DNA from: an uncultured Bacilli bacterium
GTDB taxonomy: Bacteria > Bacillota_I > Bacilli_A > RF39 > UBA660
Length of the DNA stretch: 64,000 bases
Assembly (NCBI GenBank): GCA_934183185.1
Contig: CAKPSO010000003.1
Coordinates: forward strand, 3,215 to 67,214
Reading direction: 5' to 3'
In this document: positions 9,800 through 20,711 of the stretch, one piece after another
Layout of the letters: each line of letters starts with the position of its first letter
How positions within the stretch are numbered: the first letter of the stretch is position 1
The notes under the pieces: generated by a model
Seen by the model: the letters and a program-made list of their open reading frames with translations, nothing else
Told to the model about the DNA's origin: nothing
The model's database searches: none
Made by a program: the position numbers and the translations under genes

Positions 9800-10516
9800 T
9801 TATCTACTACTTAAACAATTATTTTCTAAAGATAGCGGAATCTTATATGTGGTAATTTTATTTTGATTATCAGTAGCATTAATTTCTAAATATAAACTAT
9901 CTTTTGTATACTTAGAACACTGCTTAGAAAAATCATCTAATTTAATTTCCACATTTTCTAAGAATTTTTCTAATTTAATAAGATTATTATCATCATACGA
10001 ATATTTACCTAAACTAATCTCAGTATCATTAGATTTTCTTTCATATAAAGTACATTCTATACTCTTATAATCAGTATTATCATCACCGCCACAGTACTCA
10101 ACATTAGATATATATAAATATGATTTATTCTTATTATAAGCAATACTACCAGATATAGTAAAATGATTACAGTTAGAAGTAATAGTTTTAAATACAAAAT
10201 CATTATTACCTCTACATAGAATAAAACATACTAAACATATAATTAAAAGTAATACCATTAATCCAACGATTATATAATTATTATTTAATTTTCTATTAAT
10301 TATTTTATTAGTACTACCATTAAGCATTTCATTTATATCTATATTAAAATCCTTACATATCTGAGTAAGTAACGTAATATCAGGTAAATTCTTACCATTT
10401 TCCCATTTACTAACAGCTTGATAACTAACATTATATCTATCTGCAAACTGCGATTGAGTCAAATTATTTTTAATTCTTATTTCTTTAATTAACTTACCAA
10501 CTTTTTCTTGATTCAT
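9800..10516 (-). CDS. XRE-family HTH regulator with transmembrane segment and extracytoplasmic C-terminal domain
   Basis: N-terminal LTQSQFADRYNVSYQAVSKWENGKNLP HTH. TM helix IIVGLMVLLLIICLVCFIL, then a 130 aa Cys-containing domain. Confidence 0.7.
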   Translation of the reverse strand: MNQEKVGKLIKEIRIKNNLTQSQFADRYNVSYQAVSKWENGKNLPDITLLTQICKDFNIDINEMLNGSTNKIINRKLNNNYIIVGLMVLLLIICLVCFILCRGNNDFVFKTITSNCNHFTISGSIAYNKNKSYLYISNVEYCGGDDNTDYKSIECTLYERKSNDTEISLGKYSYDDNNLIKLEKFLENVEIKLDDFSKQCSKYTKDSLYLEINATDNQNKITTYKIPLSLENNCLSSR

Positions 10517-10571
10517 AATATCACTCCACTATCATAATTTTAAACTAAAATAGTAGAAAAGAAAAGATATT

Positions 10572-12611
10572 CTACTCCTTTATAATGTTTTTACTACATA
10601 AATACGTAATTAAAAAATAGCCTCCATAAATAAAAGTTAAAAATATAGCAGTCATTATTATAGAAGAAGCCAGTTTTTCCTTACCAAACATAGAAAGTAT
10701 ATTGACACAGAACTTAATACCAAATACAGAGTGAATTATAGCTAATAATAAAGGAAACATAAAGAATATCCCAATTTGTCTAAATAAAGCTCTATTTATC
10801 ATCTTATCATCAGCACCCAATTTTCTAAGCATCATATATCTTTCTCTATTATCACTAGATTCAGATAATTCTTTTAAAGCTAGAATAGCGGCACTAGAGA
10901 TAAGAAATATAATACCTAAATAAAGTCCTATAAATGTAACTAAAGCCCCTAAACCAATAGATGCATTAGCTATATTTATCTTAGAATTAAAATTAATATA
11001 ACTACTAACATTCCACATGTTGCCAGTAATATCAGAAAGTTCTGCATCTATTTTTTCTCTTTCCGTTTTAGAATTAGCATTATAATTAGCTAATACACCA
11101 TCATATGCTAACTCTAAATCATTAACCGCATTATCAGGCAAAATAATAATACCTGCATTAACATGATTAGAAGATATATCTACAAAACCATCAACACACT
11201 TATCATATTTAGGAATATAATCAGTACCATTTATATTAATACTATTACCACTATTTAAACTAATATTTCTAATATTTATCATCGACTGATAATCCGCAAT
11301 AATCATATATTGATTATCATTTAAAGCATAAGTTGGCATATTATATAATTTAGCTATCTTATTATAATCACTAATACTCATAATATTTTCTAAAGAATCA
11401 TAAGTCAAAAACTTATACTTACTTTTAATCATATCTAAATCAGTACCTAAAGTATCAGCAAAAGTCAAATTAGAATGATATAACTTATATTCAGTATATT
11501 CCTTGAAATTACTTAAATCATAATTAATATTTTTTAATGTATCTATAGTTGAATAATTACCATCTAATCTAATACTATCAATACCACTATTACGAGATAG
11601 AGAAACAGCTTTTACTAACTGTACATCTACAGGTACTAATTCATTTAAATTAGCTATCATAGAATTCTTAATAGATAAAGCACTAGATAATACACAAATA
11701 GTTACAAATAACATTAAACATATAATAGTCATAGAAAAGACCATTGTATTAATTTTAGAACTAACCTGTCTTAGTATAAAACTATTTAAGCCTTTATAAT
11801 AATAATTCTTAATTGACTTTACTATTTTTAAGACTAATCCTGATAAAGAAAAGAAAAGAAAGAATGTAGATAAACTACCAAGAATAATAGGAATTAATAT
11901 ATCAGAATATGATTCAATTCTACCAACATTACCAGTAACTAAATAATAAGCATAACCTAAAGTAATACTAGAAATTATAAAAATAATTATACATAACCAA
12001 GTATTCTTAAGTTTAACTTTTTCAGACTTTTTATTAGCCTGTAACAAATCAATTAACTTACATTTATTAATAATTACAGTGTTAAAAAGCATAACTAATA
12101 AGTACATAACTCCAAAATATATTAAGCATTTTATACAAGCACTAGTAGAGAAAACAAACTGAAACTTAGTCATATCAGCTTCAAACATATTAGCTACTAA
12201 TACACTCATAAATTGAGATAAAATGGTACCTAGCCCTAATCCTATTACTAATGAAATAAGTCCAATTAAAAGCGTTTCAATAAATAATATTAAAGATACT
12301 TTCTTCTTACTCATGCCAAGAGTTAAATAAATACCAAACTCTTTATTTCTTCTTTTAATTAAAAATCTACTAGCATAAATAATTAAAAATCCTAAAATAA
12401 ATGATACAAATACACTTACTCCTGATAACATATTAATCATCAAGTTAATTATTTCATAAGTAGACTTTGATACATTTAACATAACTGTTTGACTACCTAT
12501 AGCATTAAATACATAAAAGATAGCTACTCCTAACACAAGAGTAAAAAAGTAAATAGCATAGTCCTTAATACTTCTTTTAATATTCTTAACAGCCAATTTA
12601 AACAATATCAT
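10572..12611 (-). CDS. ABC transporter permease, FtsX-like (BceB-type, 10 TM)
   Basis: 679 aa with two FtsX-like TM bundles separated by a large extracellular loop. Overlaps the upstream ATPase gene. Confidence 0.8.
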   Translation of the reverse strand: MILFKLAVKNIKRSIKDYAIYFFTLVLGVAIFYVFNAIGSQTVMLNVSKSTYEIINLMINMLSGVSVFVSFILGFLIIYASRFLIKRRNKEFGIYLTLGMSKKKVSLILFIETLLIGLISLVIGLGLGTILSQFMSVLVANMFEADMTKFQFVFSTSACIKCLIYFGVMYLLVMLFNTVIINKCKLIDLLQANKKSEKVKLKNTWLCIIIFIISSITLGYAYYLVTGNVGRIESYSDILIPIILGSLSTFFLFFSLSGLVLKIVKSIKNYYYKGLNSFILRQVSSKINTMVFSMTIICLMLFVTICVLSSALSIKNSMIANLNELVPVDVQLVKAVSLSRNSGIDSIRLDGNYSTIDTLKNINYDLSNFKEYTEYKLYHSNLTFADTLGTDLDMIKSKYKFLTYDSLENIMSISDYNKIAKLYNMPTYALNDNQYMIIADYQSMINIRNISLNSGNSININGTDYIPKYDKCVDGFVDISSNHVNAGIIILPDNAVNDLELAYDGVLANYNANSKTEREKIDAELSDITGNMWNVSSYINFNSKINIANASIGLGALVTFIGLYLGIIFLISSAAILALKELSESSDNRERYMMLRKLGADDKMINRALFRQIGIFFMFPLLLAIIHSVFGIKFCVNILSMFGKEKLASSIIMTAIFLTFIYGGYFLITYLCSKNIIKE

Positions 12612-13365
12612 TTAAATCGCCCCCAAGTAATGTAACAACATCAATTATTTTATTAAAGAATTCACTTCTAGAATCTTCTCCTTTATATATTTCATTAAAT
12701 ATTTTACCATCTTTAATAAAGATAACTCTAGTAGCATAACTTGCAGTAAAAGCATCATGAGTAACCATTAAAATAGTAGTATTAATTTTTTCATTTAAAT
12801 AATTAAACTTCTCAAGTAACATCTTAGAAGACTTAGAATCTAAAGCTCCTGTAGGTTCATCGGCTAACACAAGTTTAGGTTCTGTTATTATAGCTCTAGC
12901 TGAAGCTACTCTCTGTTTTTGTCCACCACTCATTTGATAAGGATATTTTTCAAGTACATCAGTAATATTAAGCTCTCTAGCTACTTTCTTAATCCTATCA
13001 TCTATCAAAGAAGGTTTAACATTCTGAATAGATAATGCTAACGCAATATTTTCATAAGCAGTTAAAGTATCAAGTAAATTAAAATCCTGAAATATAAATC
13101 CTAACTCTTCTCTTCTAAATTTATTTAGATTATTCCCCTTTAACTTAGTAATATCAACATCACCAACATAAATACGTCCTGATGTTACCCTATCAATAGT
13201 AGAAATACAGTTTAATAAAGTAGTCTTTCCAGAACCTGATGCTCCCATAATAGCCACAAATTCCCCTTTATTAACCTCAAAAGAAATATTATTTATAGCC
13301 TTAGTAAGACTAGATTTAGTACCATAATATTTCTCAATTTTCTCAATTTTTAAAATAGTTTCCAT
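12598..13365 (-). CDS. ABC transporter ATP-binding protein (BceA/MacB-type)
   Basis: Walker A GASGSGKTTLLN, signature SGGQKQRV, Walker B LVLADEPTGALD. Confidence 0.9.
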   Translation of the reverse strand: METILKIEKIEKYYGTKSSLTKAINNISFEVNKGEFVAIMGASGSGKTTLLNCISTIDRVTSGRIYVGDVDITKLKGNNLNKFRREELGFIFQDFNLLDTLTAYENIALALSIQNVKPSLIDDRIKKVARELNITDVLEKYPYQMSGGQKQRVASARAIITEPKLVLADEPTGALDSKSSKMLLEKFNYLNEKINTTILMVTHDAFTASYATRVIFIKDGKIFNEIYKGEDSRSEFFNKIIDVVTLLGGDLNDIV

Positions 13366-13453
13366 ATATTTTTTCTCCTTTCACTAACATAATAGCAGAA
13401 TTAAAAATAATAGTCCTTATTTTAATATTACCTAATATTACATTTTTGAAACA

Positions 13454-14470
13454 TTACCTAACAGTATAGAAATCATTCTTTGAAAATACTATACTAACTT
13501 TAGTATAACTACCATATGAAGATTCAATTATAATCTTATGTCCTAGTTTCTGGCATAACCTCTTAGCTATATATAATCCCATACCAGTAGACTTAGCTCC
13601 AATCCTACCATTACGACCAGTAAAAGACTTATTAAATACTTTAATAAGATCTTCTTTAGGAATTCCAATACCATTATCTAAAATACTTAAAATAAGATTA
13701 TTATTATCCGTACTAGTACTAATCTTAATATAAGAAGAAACATTATTATTCTTATACTTAATACTATTATTAATTACCTGATTTAAAATAAATTCTAACC
13801 ATTTTGAATCTGTTAAAACACTCTTATCTAAAACATCAACATATAAATCAATATTATTTTCTAATAAATCATCTTTATTTCTTAATGCTACTTGATTAAT
13901 TATCTTCTTAATTTTATTTTCTTTAATTAAATAATCTTTCTCTGAAAATTCTTCCCTAACATAATATAAAACCTGATCTACATAATCATCTAATCTTTTT
14001 ATTTGATTTAAATATTTTTTAGCCAGTTTATTCTTACTATTATGATTAATTAATAATAGACTAGCTATAGGTATTTTAACTTCATGTATCCACATTTCAA
14101 CATAATCTTTAAAATCATTCATACTAAATTGATACTGATTAACATTCTCTATCATAGATTTATTAGCATCATATAAAATCTGATATAATAGCTCTCCATC
14201 ATAAAAATTAGGTCTATTTAAAGTTTCTAAAATATAGTATTTTTTATCTAAATTATTAAGATTATTTATAAGTTCATTATAAAACCTTCTTTTTCTAAAA
14301 TAATCTATTAATAATATAATTAGTCCGTTAGTAGATAAAATAATTAAAATAATTATTAAAAAAAAGCCCGATACTTTAAAAGCAACTAAAAACATAGTAA
14401 CCACAAAAATATTAAGAATATAAATAATTATCTGAACTAATTTATCATAAATATAATTTAAAAATTTCAT
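13454..14470 (-). CDS. sensor histidine kinase (BceS-like, intramembrane-sensing)
   Basis: Two N-terminal TM helices with minimal loop, H-box MWIHEVKIPIASL, and HATPase motifs (ILDNGIGIP, GMGLYIAKRL). Confidence 0.85.
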   Translation of the reverse strand: MKFLNYIYDKLVQIIIYILNIFVVTMFLVAFKVSGFFLIIILIILSTNGLIILLIDYFRKRRFYNELINNLNNLDKKYYILETLNRPNFYDGELLYQILYDANKSMIENVNQYQFSMNDFKDYVEMWIHEVKIPIASLLLINHNSKNKLAKKYLNQIKRLDDYVDQVLYYVREEFSEKDYLIKENKIKKIINQVALRNKDDLLENNIDLYVDVLDKSVLTDSKWLEFILNQVINNSIKYKNNNVSSYIKISTSTDNNNLILSILDNGIGIPKEDLIKVFNKSFTGRNGRIGAKSTGMGLYIAKRLCQKLGHKIIIESSYGSYTKVSIVFSKNDFYTVR

Positions 14471-15129
14471 AATAAAATATACCCTAAACCCTTCTTAGTT
14501 TCAATTGCATCATCAAGTCCTAATTCACTTAATTTTAAACGCAATCTACTAATATTAACAGTAAGAGCATTATCATTAATATATTCTTGATTATCCCAAA
14601 GATTAGTCATTAAATCACTTCTAGTAACTATTTTATTTCTATTATTAAATAACTGCATAAAAATAATCATTTCATTCTTAGTAAGTTCTATAACTTTATC
14701 AGTACTACTTAAAGTACATCTACTAGGATTAATAGAAATATTATTATAGATTAAGGTATCACTATAATTATTCATACGCTTAAATATATTTTGTATTCTT
14801 AAAAGTAAAATAGTAGGATTATATGGCTTAGTAATATAATCATCAGCTCCATATGACATAGATAATACCTCATCAACTTCATTATTTTTACTAGTAACCA
14901 TTATAATAGGAATATCACTTTCTTTTCTAATATTTTGAAGTAATATTTGTCCATTTAATTTTGGAATGTTAATATCAAGTAAAATTAAATCCGGATTAAT
15001 AGTAAGTATTTTTTCATAAGTAGATGCAAAGTCATCTAAAACTATAGTTTCATAATTAGCATTATCTAATATTTCTTTTAATTCATTTCTAATTACTAGA
15101 TCATCATCGACTATTAAAATTTTTTTCAT
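14467..15129 (-). CDS. OmpR-family response regulator
   Basis: Receiver MKKILIVDDD...D...K and winged-helix C-terminal domain. 4-nt overlap with the kinase gene. Confidence 0.9.
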   Translation of the reverse strand: MKKILIVDDDLVIRNELKEILDNANYETIVLDDFASTYEKILTINPDLILLDINIPKLNGQILLQNIRKESDIPIIMVTSKNNEVDEVLSMSYGADDYITKPYNPTILLLRIQNIFKRMNNYSDTLIYNNISINPSRCTLSSTDKVIELTKNEMIIFMQLFNNRNKIVTRSDLMTNLWDNQEYINDNALTVNISRLRLKLSELGLDDAIETKKGLGYILL

Positions 15130-15265
15130 ATAAACCACCAATAAAAGTATATCAAAAATATTAATAAATTTTAAAAAAATATATTAAAACAATCAATTAC
15201 CTTAGTCTTTTATACAAACATATATATAAATATAAACATATATTACCATAGAAGGAGGATAATAT

Positions 15266-16012
15266 ATGTTTGAAGATAATAAATGTGAACATAAAAAATA
15301 CTGTGAATTACCAAATGGGTGTTACATAATTGGGCCAACTGGACCTACTGGGCCAAGTGGTGGACCAGTTGGACCTAGAGGAGCTACAGGGCCTACTGGA
15401 CCTCAAGGACCTATAGGAAATACAGGGCCAGCTGGACCTCAAGGAACCCCAGGGGAAGCTGGTTTGATAGGACCTACAGGACCAACCGGACCCACTGGAC
15501 CTACTGGGCCTACTGGGCCAGTAGGATTACAAGGACCAGCAGGATTACAAGGAATCAAAGGTGAACAAGGTCCTACCGGACCTACTGGGCCAAGTGCAGT
15601 AGCAGCTTTTGGACGTAAATATGATAATTCAACAAATACCATAAGTCTAGAAGCTAATATAAATAAAGAAATCCCATTAGGAAGTACTGGACCATCATCA
15701 GGTATTACGACTGGTACCCAAAATGCATTAACTATAGTTGATAATGGTACATATAAAATAGATTATTTCTTTTCTGGATCTACTAGTGCTAATGCCAATG
15801 TAACAGTAGAAATAAGACAAAACACAACACCTATTGGTAGTAGTACTATAATTAAGGATACTACTGCTAATCAAGAAGTAGATTTTATAGGTAGTTCAAT
15901 AAATTCATTTGCAGCTGGAGATAAAATTGGTTTAAGTATAGAATCAACTAGTCAAATCACCGTATCACCATCTTCTGGTACTAGTGCATACCTAAATATA
16001 TATAAACTATAA
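15266..16012 (+). CDS. BclA-like collagen-triplet exosporium protein with C-terminal TNF/C1q-like domain
   Basis: N-terminal [25 protein letters not shown], then ~30 GxT/GPx triplets, then a C-terminal domain with [10 protein letters not shown]...AYLNIYKL resembling the BclA C-terminal domain. Good GGAGG RBS. Confidence 0.8.
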   Translation: MFEDNKCEHKKYCELPNGCYIIGPTGPTGPSGGPVGPRGATGPTGPQGPIGNTGPAGPQGTPGEAGLIGPTGPTGPTGPTGPTGPVGLQGPAGLQGIKGEQGPTGPTGPSAVAAFGRKYDNSTNTISLEANINKEIPLGSTGPSSGITTGTQNALTIVDNGTYKIDYFFSGSTSANANVTVEIRQNTTPIGSSTIIKDTTANQEVDFIGSSINSFAAGDKIGLSIESTSQITVSPSSGTSAYLNIYKL

Positions 16013-16036
16013 ACATTAGTGGAAGGAGAAATATAA

Positions 16037-16690
16037 ATGCTTGATAATAAAAAATGCTCTAAAAATAAATATAATCTACCCAGCTCTTGTTATATAATTG
16101 GGCCAACTGGGCCAACTGGTCCAACTGGACCACAAGGTATTAAAGGCAATACGGGACCAACCGGGCCTCAAGGAGCCGATGGTATTAATGCTGTACGCTC
16201 TGCATATCTAGTAACATTCAACCCAAGTACAGAAGAAAATGGAATATCTATTGAACCAAATGGTAGATTACCAATAGACCGAAAAGAAATTGATATTACT
16301 AATTTGATAACACTAAATGATGATAAAACCATCAAATTTAATGAAGCAGGTCACTATAAACTAACATTTATAGTCTCTACATACATTCAAACAAATGATA
16401 TAGCATTTGACCCACATAAAGATTTTATATCTATTGGTTTCAGACAAATAAATACTGATAACATATATATAGGGGCCAGCAAATGGATATTTAATGAAAA
16501 GCCAACACAAATAATAGCACAGGGAATAATTGTTGTAAATGACATAAATAATATATATGAATTAAGTAATCTTGGTAAATTCAAAATATTCTTAAATACT
16601 CCAGATATAATAGATATCAATACACATTCCTATTTTTCTAATGCTTTACTAACCATAAACATAGAATATTTAGATAACCAAAAAGATTAA
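16037..16690 (+). CDS. collagen-triplet (BclA-family) protein with divergent C-terminal domain
   Basis: [29 protein letters not shown]... short collagen region, then a 170 aa globular domain. Confidence 0.75.
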   Translation: MLDNKKCSKNKYNLPSSCYIIGPTGPTGPTGPQGIKGNTGPTGPQGADGINAVRSAYLVTFNPSTEENGISIEPNGRLPIDRKEIDITNLITLNDDKTIKFNEAGHYKLTFIVSTYIQTNDIAFDPHKDFISIGFRQINTDNIYIGASKWIFNEKPTQIIAQGIIVVNDINNIYELSNLGKFKIFLNTPDIIDINTHSYFSNALLTINIEYLDNQKD

Positions 16691-16702
16691 ATAATTAATA
16701 AA

Positions 16703-16737
16703 AAATGATATAGAAAATAACTATATCATTTTCTTAT
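16703..16737 (+). terminator. rho-independent terminator
   Basis: AATGATATAG-loop-CTATATCATT followed by TTCTTAT. Confidence 0.55.
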
Positions 16738-16762
16738 GAATAAAATTAATAGAGGTGTTTAA

Positions 16763-17845
16763 ATGAATAAATATAAAATTAGTGTATATGCTATCTGTAA
16801 AAACGAAGAAAAGCATATAAAAAGATGGTACGAATCAATGAAAGAAGCAGATAATATCTATGTTCTAGATACAGGTTCTACCGATAATAGTGTGAAAGAA
16901 TTAAAAAAACTAGGAGTGCATGTCACCCAAAAGAAAATAGATCCATGGAGATTTGATATAGCCAGAAATGAATCATTAAATCTAGTACCTAAAGATACCA
17001 ACATATGTGTATGTACAGATTTAGATGAAGTATTATTACCAGGTTGGAGAAAAGAACTAGAAAAAATTTGGAAAAAAAATACTACTAGAATATCCTATAT
17101 TTATAATTGGAGTCTTAATAGTAATAATAAACCACAAGTAAGTTTTTACCTAGATAATATTCATAATAGAAAAAACTATAAATGGACTCATCCAGTTCAT
17201 GAAGTATTAACATATACAGGTAATAATAAAGAAATAGTAGAGATAACAAATAACATTACACTTAATCATTACCCAGATACAACTAAATCACGTAGTTCCT
17301 ATTTACCATTATTAGAATTATCAGTAAAAGAAGACCCAGAAGATGATAGAAATATGCATTATTTAGGTAGAGAATATATGTATTATGGTAAATGGAATGA
17401 AGCAATAGACACTTTAATAAAACATTTATCTCTACCAAAGGCAACCTGGAAAGATGAAAGATGTGCTTCGATGAGATTTATAGCAAGATGTTATCAACAT
17501 TTAAATCGTTATGAAGAAGCCAGAATGTGGTTAAATAAAGCTATTACTGAAGCCCCATACCTAAGAGATCCATATATTGAAAAAGCTTTATTAGAATATA
17601 ATTTAGAAAACTGGCAAGAAACAGAAAAAAACTGTCTACTTGCCTTAAAAATAACTGATCATCAAAATACTTATATTAATGAAATATTTAGTTGGAATTA
17701 CACTGTATATGATTTACTATCACTAAGTTATTATTACCAAGGTAATGTTAAAGAAGCAATTAAATATTTGAAAATAGCCATAGAAATGGAACCAAATAAC
17801 GAAAGACTACAAAATAACTTAAAATTAATGAACGAAAAAAAGTGA
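16763..17845 (+). CDS. family 2 glycosyltransferase fused to C-terminal TPR repeats (candidate BclA glycosyltransferase)
   Basis: N-terminal ISVYAICKNEEKHIKRWYESM...DTGSTDNS GT2 motifs. C-terminal TPR-like helical repeats. Lies directly downstream of two collagen-like genes. Confidence 0.75.
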   Translation: MNKYKISVYAICKNEEKHIKRWYESMKEADNIYVLDTGSTDNSVKELKKLGVHVTQKKIDPWRFDIARNESLNLVPKDTNICVCTDLDEVLLPGWRKELEKIWKKNTTRISYIYNWSLNSNNKPQVSFYLDNIHNRKNYKWTHPVHEVLTYTGNNKEIVEITNNITLNHYPDTTKSRSSYLPLLELSVKEDPEDDRNMHYLGREYMYYGKWNEAIDTLIKHLSLPKATWKDERCASMRFIARCYQHLNRYEEARMWLNKAITEAPYLRDPYIEKALLEYNLENWQETEKNCLLALKITDHQNTYINEIFSWNYTVYDLLSLSYYYQGNVKEAIKYLKIAIEMEPNNERLQNNLKLMNEKK

Positions 17846-17873
17846 AAAAGAACACCTCAATAAGATGTTCTTT
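17836..17873 (-). terminator. terminator (mainly for minus-strand surface protein gene)
   Basis: AAGAACA/TGTTCTT hairpin with an A-run on +. Confidence 0.45.
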
Positions 17874-17880
17874 ACTAAAA

Positions 17881-19431
17881 TTATATTGTATGTTTTTTTA
17901 AGTAAATAGCTGTTCCAGTAATTCCAATAAATGAACTACCAAATACCAACCACCAAGATTTAATTCCATCATATGTATTAGGATTATTAATTGTTTCTTT
18001 ATTAGGATTACTGATATTTTCTTGGCTTAGTTCAGCCACTGTATATTCACTAAAATGCTTTGTTTTAAATGTTAAAACATCATTTTCCACTGTAACAGAA
18101 TAAGTTTCTTTATTACCATTTTCATCAATATAATAGACAATGATATTTCTTCCCTTTAAAGTGTCAGGAACAGGTATTTTAACGATAAACTCACCATTAT
18201 CTAATTTTGAAATATAACTATTCTTATTATTAGAGAATAATTTTATATCAAATGTCTTAAAGTTACTAGTTTCTAATAATTTTAATACTTTATTATAATA
18301 ATCTCCAGAATTAATTTCTTCAACACTTAATGAAGTATCAAGTGGAATTATTGAATTATCACTACTAATACTAATATCAGTAATAATATCTTTACCATTA
18401 TAAACAGGATTTTCAACTGTAGATAAATCCTTCTTTTGAATAAAGAATTTAACTTTAGTATTATTTATCGTAAAGACATAATAATTACCATCTGTAGTAT
18501 TAGGATCTAATATTTGGGAATCAACTACTTGTTTGCTTTCATTCAAGGCACAAGTCTCATCACAAGAAATGCTTAAACTCTTATTATAAACTTCATTTTT
18601 TAGAGACTCTAATGTTCCTCCAAGTTTGATATCAACATCAATATTTAGTGTATCTTTAATTCTTTTTTTAGCAGCCGCAATATAACTCTCTGAATTATCT
18701 AAAGTATCATTTGGAATATACAAAACTTTATTTTCTATCATTGCCATATCAGTATATGAATAAGCAACACCATTATAGTAAGCTATCATATATCCAAAGC
18801 AACCACCATATAAGTAATCATCACTTGCAACACCAGCACGCATATCCATTCTATATGTTAAGTTACTACCCTCACTAACTTTATTAAAGTCAGCAGAATA
18901 TTTAATCAAATTACCATAAAAGTCAGTATTTACACCAGAAGTATTCATATTATAATAATAATTAATAAGTCCTAAGTCTTCAATTCTATACCCAGTAAGC
19001 ATCCAGTTATCATCTGAGAAGCTAACCTTTTTAAACTTACCAAGCATAGTATTAACATAATTTAATACTTTAGTATTTGCATCAGTATATTCAAGTTTAG
19101 CATTAAATGACTTACGATCTCCACAAGTTTCATATGTACTAGCTTGTACAACTTTACATATATCAACCTGAATATTAGTAAAATCAGTAGCATTAGGATC
19201 AACAACTGGCATAACCCAATAACCATCACTAGCTAATTTATTAATTTCATAATAAACAAGTGCATCAATATCAGTTGAACTTTTAGCTTGTACAGAGTTA
19301 ACCTTAATAACACCACCAGGTGCAATTCTGTTAAATTCATCATCAAGTTCATCTGCAAATACTACATTAGGTACAAAAAATAATCCGATAACTAAAATAA
19401 ACAATAATCTAAATTCTCTTACCTTTTTCAT
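17881..19431 (-). CDS. secreted cell-surface protein with C-terminal TM anchor, unknown function
   Basis: Signal peptide MKKVREFRLLFILVIGLFFVPNVVFA. C-terminal hydrophobic helix followed by KKHTI. No LPXTG motif. Confidence 0.5.
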   Translation of the reverse strand: MKKVREFRLLFILVIGLFFVPNVVFADELDDEFNRIAPGGVIKVNSVQAKSSTDIDALVYYEINKLASDGYWVMPVVDPNATDFTNIQVDICKVVQASTYETCGDRKSFNAKLEYTDANTKVLNYVNTMLGKFKKVSFSDDNWMLTGYRIEDLGLINYYYNMNTSGVNTDFYGNLIKYSADFNKVSEGSNLTYRMDMRAGVASDDYLYGGCFGYMIAYYNGVAYSYTDMAMIENKVLYIPNDTLDNSESYIAAAKKRIKDTLNIDVDIKLGGTLESLKNEVYNKSLSISCDETCALNESKQVVDSQILDPNTTDGNYYVFTINNTKVKFFIQKKDLSTVENPVYNGKDIITDISISSDNSIIPLDTSLSVEEINSGDYYNKVLKLLETSNFKTFDIKLFSNNKNSYISKLDNGEFIVKIPVPDTLKGRNIIVYYIDENGNKETYSVTVENDVLTFKTKHFSEYTVAELSQENISNPNKETINNPNTYDGIKSWWLVFGSSFIGITGTAIYLKKHTI

Positions 19432-19497
19432 ATATCCTCCTACTTAATCCAAGTATAACATTGTTCTTAGTTAAAAGCAAACCAATTATATAAATTT

Positions 19498-20532
19498 CTA
19501 ATTACTAAACATATTTTCAATAATAGTAATTAAGTAATTAGCTGTATCATCATCAATATTCTTTGCATTTTTAACAAAAGTTCTTATATCAGACAAATTA
19601 AACTTAAATGAGGAAGTATACTCTTTACCAAAGCTTTCAAAGAAAGATTCTATTACTTGTTTTAATTTTTCTTTATCTAACTTTTCTAATCCTAAAATCC
19701 ATTCATGAAACTCCATTGCAGACTTAGAAAATTTATCTTCTATAAAATATTGCCCAAATATATTCCACGATGTTGGATAATGCTGATTAAGAGCTAATTT
19801 ATCACTAGCAACAACTATATAATTATCATTATTAAGAATAGTTCCTACTACTGAAGATGATGGTAATATATTTATTAGTTTAGTTTTTAATTTTTCATAT
19901 TTTAAAGAGTTATATTCTTCATTTCTAAAACCAGGCCCATCAAAATTATAAATCTTTTTAATTTTTTTAAATTTCTTTGATTCCATACTACCTGCCATAG
20001 CTAAATTTCCACCTTTAGAATGACCAACAACATATACATTATTATCAAAGAAATTAATATTTTTATCCAAATAATCTATAGCCTTTTTCTGAGTATAAGT
20101 AGGATATTCATAAATAAGTCTACAATTCTCTAACCAACCTATCATTGAATTATCAGTACCCTTAAAGCTAATAATAGTATCTAGATTAATTCTAAAAGTT
20201 ACAGCTCCAAACTGTGTTTCATTCGTTAAAATATTTATAAAATTACTTATTTCTAATTTTTCATATCTTTTAGAATCTTTGATTAATTCTAATACTTCAT
20301 AAGCCATTGGAATCATCACACTAGGAAAATCTTTTTTAAAATTCAAAGCATAATCATATAATTCATTTATACTTTTTACATCAGCAAAAGAAGATACAGG
20401 TAAATAAACCAAAATAGCACACATTAAACTATCTAGGCTATTCCATTTTACTTCACATAAGGAAGTATTTTTATAATATTTTAAATAATCATATATTGTA
20501 TACATACCTAACTCCATTCTCCTATTAAACAT
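19498..20532 (-). CDS. alpha/beta hydrolase, lipase class-3/DUF2974-like
   Basis: Nucleophile elbow VVGHSKGGNLA (GHSxG). 344 aa. Confidence 0.6.
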   Translation of the reverse strand: MFNRRMELGMYTIYDYLKYYKNTSLCEVKWNSLDSLMCAILVYLPVSSFADVKSINELYDYALNFKKDFPSVMIPMAYEVLELIKDSKRYEKLEISNFINILTNETQFGAVTFRINLDTIISFKGTDNSMIGWLENCRLIYEYPTYTQKKAIDYLDKNINFFDNNVYVVGHSKGGNLAMAGSMESKKFKKIKKIYNFDGPGFRNEEYNSLKYEKLKTKLINILPSSSVVGTILNNDNYIVVASDKLALNQHYPTSWNIFGQYFIEDKFSKSAMEFHEWILGLEKLDKEKLKQVIESFFESFGKEYTSSFKFNLSDIRTFVKNAKNIDDDTANYLITIIENMFSN

Positions 20533-20607
20533 CTATTATCTGAACACATTATAAAATAAAATTATAGTTTTTGTAAATGCCAACATAAAATTTCACATAT
20601 CTAATTG

Positions 20608-20711
20608 TCAATTTTTATTTATTAATCTAGCTATCTCTTTAAATGTTCTTCTTTCCATTAATTTTTTCTCAATATTTAATCTTTCATCAAATGATAAATG
20701 CTTGTTTTTTA
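20608..20711 (-). pseudogene. IS30-family transposase N-terminal HTH fragment
   Basis: Minus-strand translation KNKHLSFDERLNIEKKLMERRTFKEIARLINKN* matches the IS30 transposase HTH region. Truncated, with an upstream stop. Confidence 0.6.

Noticed and set aside
15300-15600. Tandem 9-bp GGNCCNACT repeats considered as a possible CRISPR or VNTR locus
   Set aside because: The periodicity is 9 bp with no spacers, and it encodes in-frame Gly-Pro-Thr collagen triplets. It is coding repeat, not a CRISPR array.
15439-15642. 67 aa ORF antisense to the collagen-triplet gene (also 23435-23629 and 23580-23783 over the third collagen gene)
   Set aside because: These lie entirely within GC-richer GPT-triplet coding repeats of well-supported plus-strand genes. 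Open frames on the opposite strand are a compositional artefact of the repeat.
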